DNA from: Actinomycetes bacterium
GTDB lineage: Bacteria; Actinomycetota; Acidimicrobiia; Acidimicrobiales; Acidimicrobiaceae
DNA length: 50,828 nt
Direction of reading: 5' to 3'
Assembly: GCA_021846265.1 (NCBI GenBank)
Contig: JAJZCF010000003.1
Location: 1 to 50,828, forward strand
The notes beneath the pieces were generated by a model, which had not been told where the DNA came from, did no database searches, and saw nothing but the letters and a program-made list of their open reading frames with translations. Made by a program: the position numbers and the translations under genes. The stretch's first letter is position 1, and each line of letters begins with the position of its first letter. This document shows positions 48,549-50,828 of this stretch, piece by piece.

Positions 48549-49493
48549 TTACGAGGTGGCTGCGGTGATTAGGTGGTAGAGGAGGACTAGCTGAGCAATC
48601 GCTAGAGGCTCGCTCCTCACCCCGGGTGAGATCTGCCCAATCGAAGTCGGCGGCGGCTGATTTAGGCCTAGGTGGTGCCAGATGGCCTCCTCGACGCTCT
48701 TGGAGAGCTCACTTCTAGCCCCACCATGGACGTGGAGGGCATCCACCGGCTTACCGTCGTCGTCACGAATTAGCTTAAGGTGAATCGCTTCTCGGGTATC
48801 ACTGCCTAAGATGTCCGCCAGATCAGGGTGGGCGATAGTCGGCCGGAGAAGGATTTCGGCATTCATCGTTTGAGAGCCGTCCTCGTTGCTCGCTGGCATG
48901 AAACGTATGACTATGTCGGCGTGGGCCCGTTGTGGACGGATATAGGCCTGGGACTCAGGTTCTCTCCGGTCGAGGTCTAAGATCACCTGCTCTTCGGTAT
49001 AGCCCCTTTGGGTTGTGTCTCGCTTTACCTTCCAAGACCGCCTTACCACTTCGGGTGGATCGAGAAATACAGTTACGTCAAAACAGGCTCTGGAGAGCTT
49101 TGAGTAAAGCGGAAAGAGTCCCTCGACAATCACGAAGTCGCTCGGGGTAAGCAGGGTTGGTCGGTCCAAGGTCCCGTGCGAATGGCTATAGACCGGCTTT
49201 AGGATCGGCTGGCCCAAGGTGAGGAGCTGGAGGTGCTGCTCCATGATGGCTAGGTAGTTGCACTCAGGGTGTAGGGCGGTGAATGGGAGGTCTTTTCTCT
49301 CCAGGCGGTCGTAACGGTGGTAGTCATCGGTGCACAACGAGGTGATCCGATCTGTTCCGAGTGCTTCTACCAAACCCCTCGTGAGAGTTGTTTTCCCTGA
49401 GGCGCTATCGCCGGCTATAGCGAGCATCGGTACATGTCGCGAACGACTAACTTCACCGCGCACCCGCTCGAGAAGCGTGAGCCTATGTGGCAT
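48549..49493 (-). CDS. prk: phosphoribulokinase-family protein (class II PRK-like)
   Basis: IAGDSASGKTT P-loop, CTDDYHRYDR..RK...TALHP, KPVYSH..G, VIVEGL.PLY, WKVKRD..RGYT and YIRPQ...ADIVI are collinear with cyanobacterial/plant-type PRK. An alternative Met start is at 49427. Confidence 0.8.
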   Translation of the reverse strand: MPHRLTLLERVRGEVSRSRHVPMLAIAGDSASGKTTLTRGLVEALGTDRITSLCTDDYHRYDRLERKDLPFTALHPECNYLAIMEQHLQLLTLGQPILKPVYSHSHGTLDRPTLLTPSDFVIVEGLFPLYSKLSRACFDVTVFLDPPEVVRRSWKVKRDTTQRGYTEEQVILDLDRREPESQAYIRPQRAHADIVIRFMPASNEDGSQTMNAEILLRPTIAHPDLADILGSDTREAIHLKLIRDDDGKPVDALHVHGGARSELSKSVEEAIWHHLGLNQPPPTSIGQISPGVRSEPLAIAQLVLLYHLITAATS

Positions 49494-50828
49494 CGTGGGG
49501 TCTCCTCTGGTTCGTTGCCGCCGAGTGGTCCCTGCGGATAAAACGTTTTCCGGACTTGGTAATTACCATTGAAGATGTCGTCCACCCCGCTTCGTTTCTC
49601 GATGGCGCACCAAGTGGAGGCGAATTAGTTATGGCGGTTATCACGACTACCGAATCGCCTTTTACCATATCTTCGGGCGTCATAATTCTGTCTTTCCACT
49701 CTGGCTCCAGCGAGTTGAGTCGCTTGATCTCATCCTCGGACTGAGGGGCAAGTCGGGCCTGCATTCCCGCCCCGAGTAACTTTGCAGCACAGGCCGAGAT
49801 CACACCTTCGGGTGCGCCGCCAATTCCGTAGAGGCCATCAAAATCAGAGTCCTCCATCATCACCTTGACACTCGCCATCACGTCGCCATCGGGAATCTCC
49901 ACGACTTTTGCGCCCAATGAGCGGATCTGAGAGATCAATTCGTCGTGCCTTGGCTTAGCTAAGACGATGAACTTGAGATCAGAGATCTCTTTGTTCGAGC
50001 TGGCGGCGATAACTCTAAGGTTGTATTCGACCCCTTTTGCAATGTCTATTGCGTCCTTGGCCCGAGCTTTGACGATTAGTTTTTCCATGTAGTAGCCACT
50101 GGTCGAGTAGAGGGATCCCAATTCTGAACCGGCGATGACCGACACGGCACCGTCCTGACCCTTGGCGGCGTAGTTCGTGCCTTCCAATGGGTCTACCGCG
50201 AGTTCAAAGGTGACCGACTCCGATGCTCCTAATACCTCGTCAACGTAGAGCATTGGTGCGTTATCCTTTTCCCCCTCGCCGATGACGACCTTCGCCGAAA
50301 GGTCCATCTTGCTAAGTGAGTTCCTCATTGCCTCGGTCGCCAAGGCGTCGGATGCGATCTTGTTGCCAAGACCAACCTGTGCCTGAGCGGCGATCGCCGC
50401 GACCTCGGTCGCTTGAAGAAGGTGGTGGGCAAGTGAGACCATTGGAGTTGAATCAGGGAGGTCTTGGCTAGCGCCAGCATTGGCAATGTCTAGCGCCAAA
50501 GAAACTATTTTTTCGGTCGTAAAGCCGAAGTGAGCTGATGCTCTTGATCCAGGAGCGGAGGTTCCAAAAGACTTCATGACTATGGATTTCCCTCCTGGTC
50601 CGCGAAGTGCCTCCCATCCCATTTCGATTCCCGCTTCGACAACTAGCCGATTTGGATTTGCCCCCAAGATCTCGAGTCGCCTCGCTTCGTCGAGCTCGAC
50701 TAGCCGTTCACGCCAAGGCACCGACACCACGCGGGCCCGAACCTTGTGCATTTCGAAGAGAACCTTCGCCGAATCAACAGCGAGGCCCACCTCGGAACCC
50801 GAAGCCAAGATGGTCACCTCTGAGCCGC
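49483..50828 (-). CDS. glpX: 5'-partial ORF: transketolase C-terminal domain fused in frame to class II fructose/sedoheptulose bisphosphatase (GlpX)
   Basis: The frame is open from the window edge. 50443-50828 encodes a Tkt C-terminal domain (ASGSEVGLAV..ARVVSVP..VEAG...GW..FGTSAP..FGFT). 49483-50442 encodes full-length GlpX (VVIGEGEKDNAPMLY, AVDPLEGT, YMEKL, LAKPRH, IPDGDV, GIGGAPEGV). Only a 13-aa linker and no in-frame stop separate them. There is an internal ATG at 50442. Confidence 0.75.
   Translation of the reverse strand, partial: GSEVTILASGSEVGLAVDSAKVLFEMHKVRARVVSVPWRERLVELDEARRLEILGANPNRLVVEAGIEMGWEALRGPGGKSIVMKSFGTSAPGSRASAHFGFTTEKIVSLALDIANAGASQDLPDSTPMVSLAHHLLQATEVAAIAAQAQVGLGNKIASDALATEAMRNSLSKMDLSAKVVIGEGEKDNAPMLYVDEVLGASESVTFELAVDPLEGTNYAAKGQDGAVSVIAGSELGSLYSTSGYYMEKLIVKARAKDAIDIAKGVEYNLRVIAASSNKEISDLKFIVLAKPRHDELISQIRSLGAKVVEIPDGDVMASVKVMMEDSDFDGLYGIGGAPEGVISACAAKLLGAGMQARLAPQSEDEIKRLNSLEPEWKDRIMTPEDMVKGDSVVVITAITNSPPLGAPSRNEAGWTTSSMVITKSGKRFIRRDHSAATNQRRPHDAT

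Noticed and set aside
1-50828. CRISPR arrays, rRNA/tRNA genes, large tandem arrays
   Set aside because: Scanning the intergenic regions by eye, I found no regularly spaced direct repeats, no tRNA cloverleaf candidates and no rRNA-like stretches. The only repeats seen are the IS-associated ones and the 10-nt tandem repeat reported above.

Overview
The window reads as a mostly housekeeping chromosomal segment from a moderately GC-rich, probably actinobacterial genome. The taxon is inferred from hallmark genes: a DUF3107 protein followed by paired ArsA-like ATPases, a PdtaS-like kinase, a long ValRS, and gatCAB. All calls come from motifs read in the supplied translations and from manual inspection of the DNA; no database search was run.

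Gene content in order:
- NuoF-like protein plus ferredoxin, and an alpha/beta hydrolase
- gatCAB, then ilvD and ilvBNC
- an uncharacterised permease plus ABC ATPase
- valS and cysS (divergent), an acyl-CoA dehydrogenase, lspA
- an accessory patch at about 19.3-25.8 kb
- enoyl-CoA hydratase and gmd
- a complete System I cytochrome c maturation operon, ccmABC(D)EFGH
- a redox/cofactor cluster: two molybdopterin-domain oxidoreductases, a SufR-like regulator, Mrp/ApbC and a cytochrome b
- DUF3107 plus two ArsA-like ATPases, a PHP histidinol phosphatase, a PdtaS-like kinase, GDPD, etfBA, a PAS-GGDEF protein
- on the minus strand at the right edge, a Calvin-cycle-like module: prk, then glpX in frame with the C-terminal domain of transketolase

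The accessory patch is the only clearly mobile region. A class II Fic-domain gene lies in a 3.3-kb cassette bounded by inverted ~125-nt copies of the same IS3-family left end. The patch also holds an IS30 transposase relic, a decayed IS3 copy, a third IS-end relic, and an ABM-monooxygenase/TetR pair.

I did not find a convincing multi-gene system of a clearly new kind. The best candidates for follow-up are the IS-bounded Fic cassette, the in-frame Tkt-GlpX junction next to prk, and the System I ccm operon in an actinobacterial-looking context.
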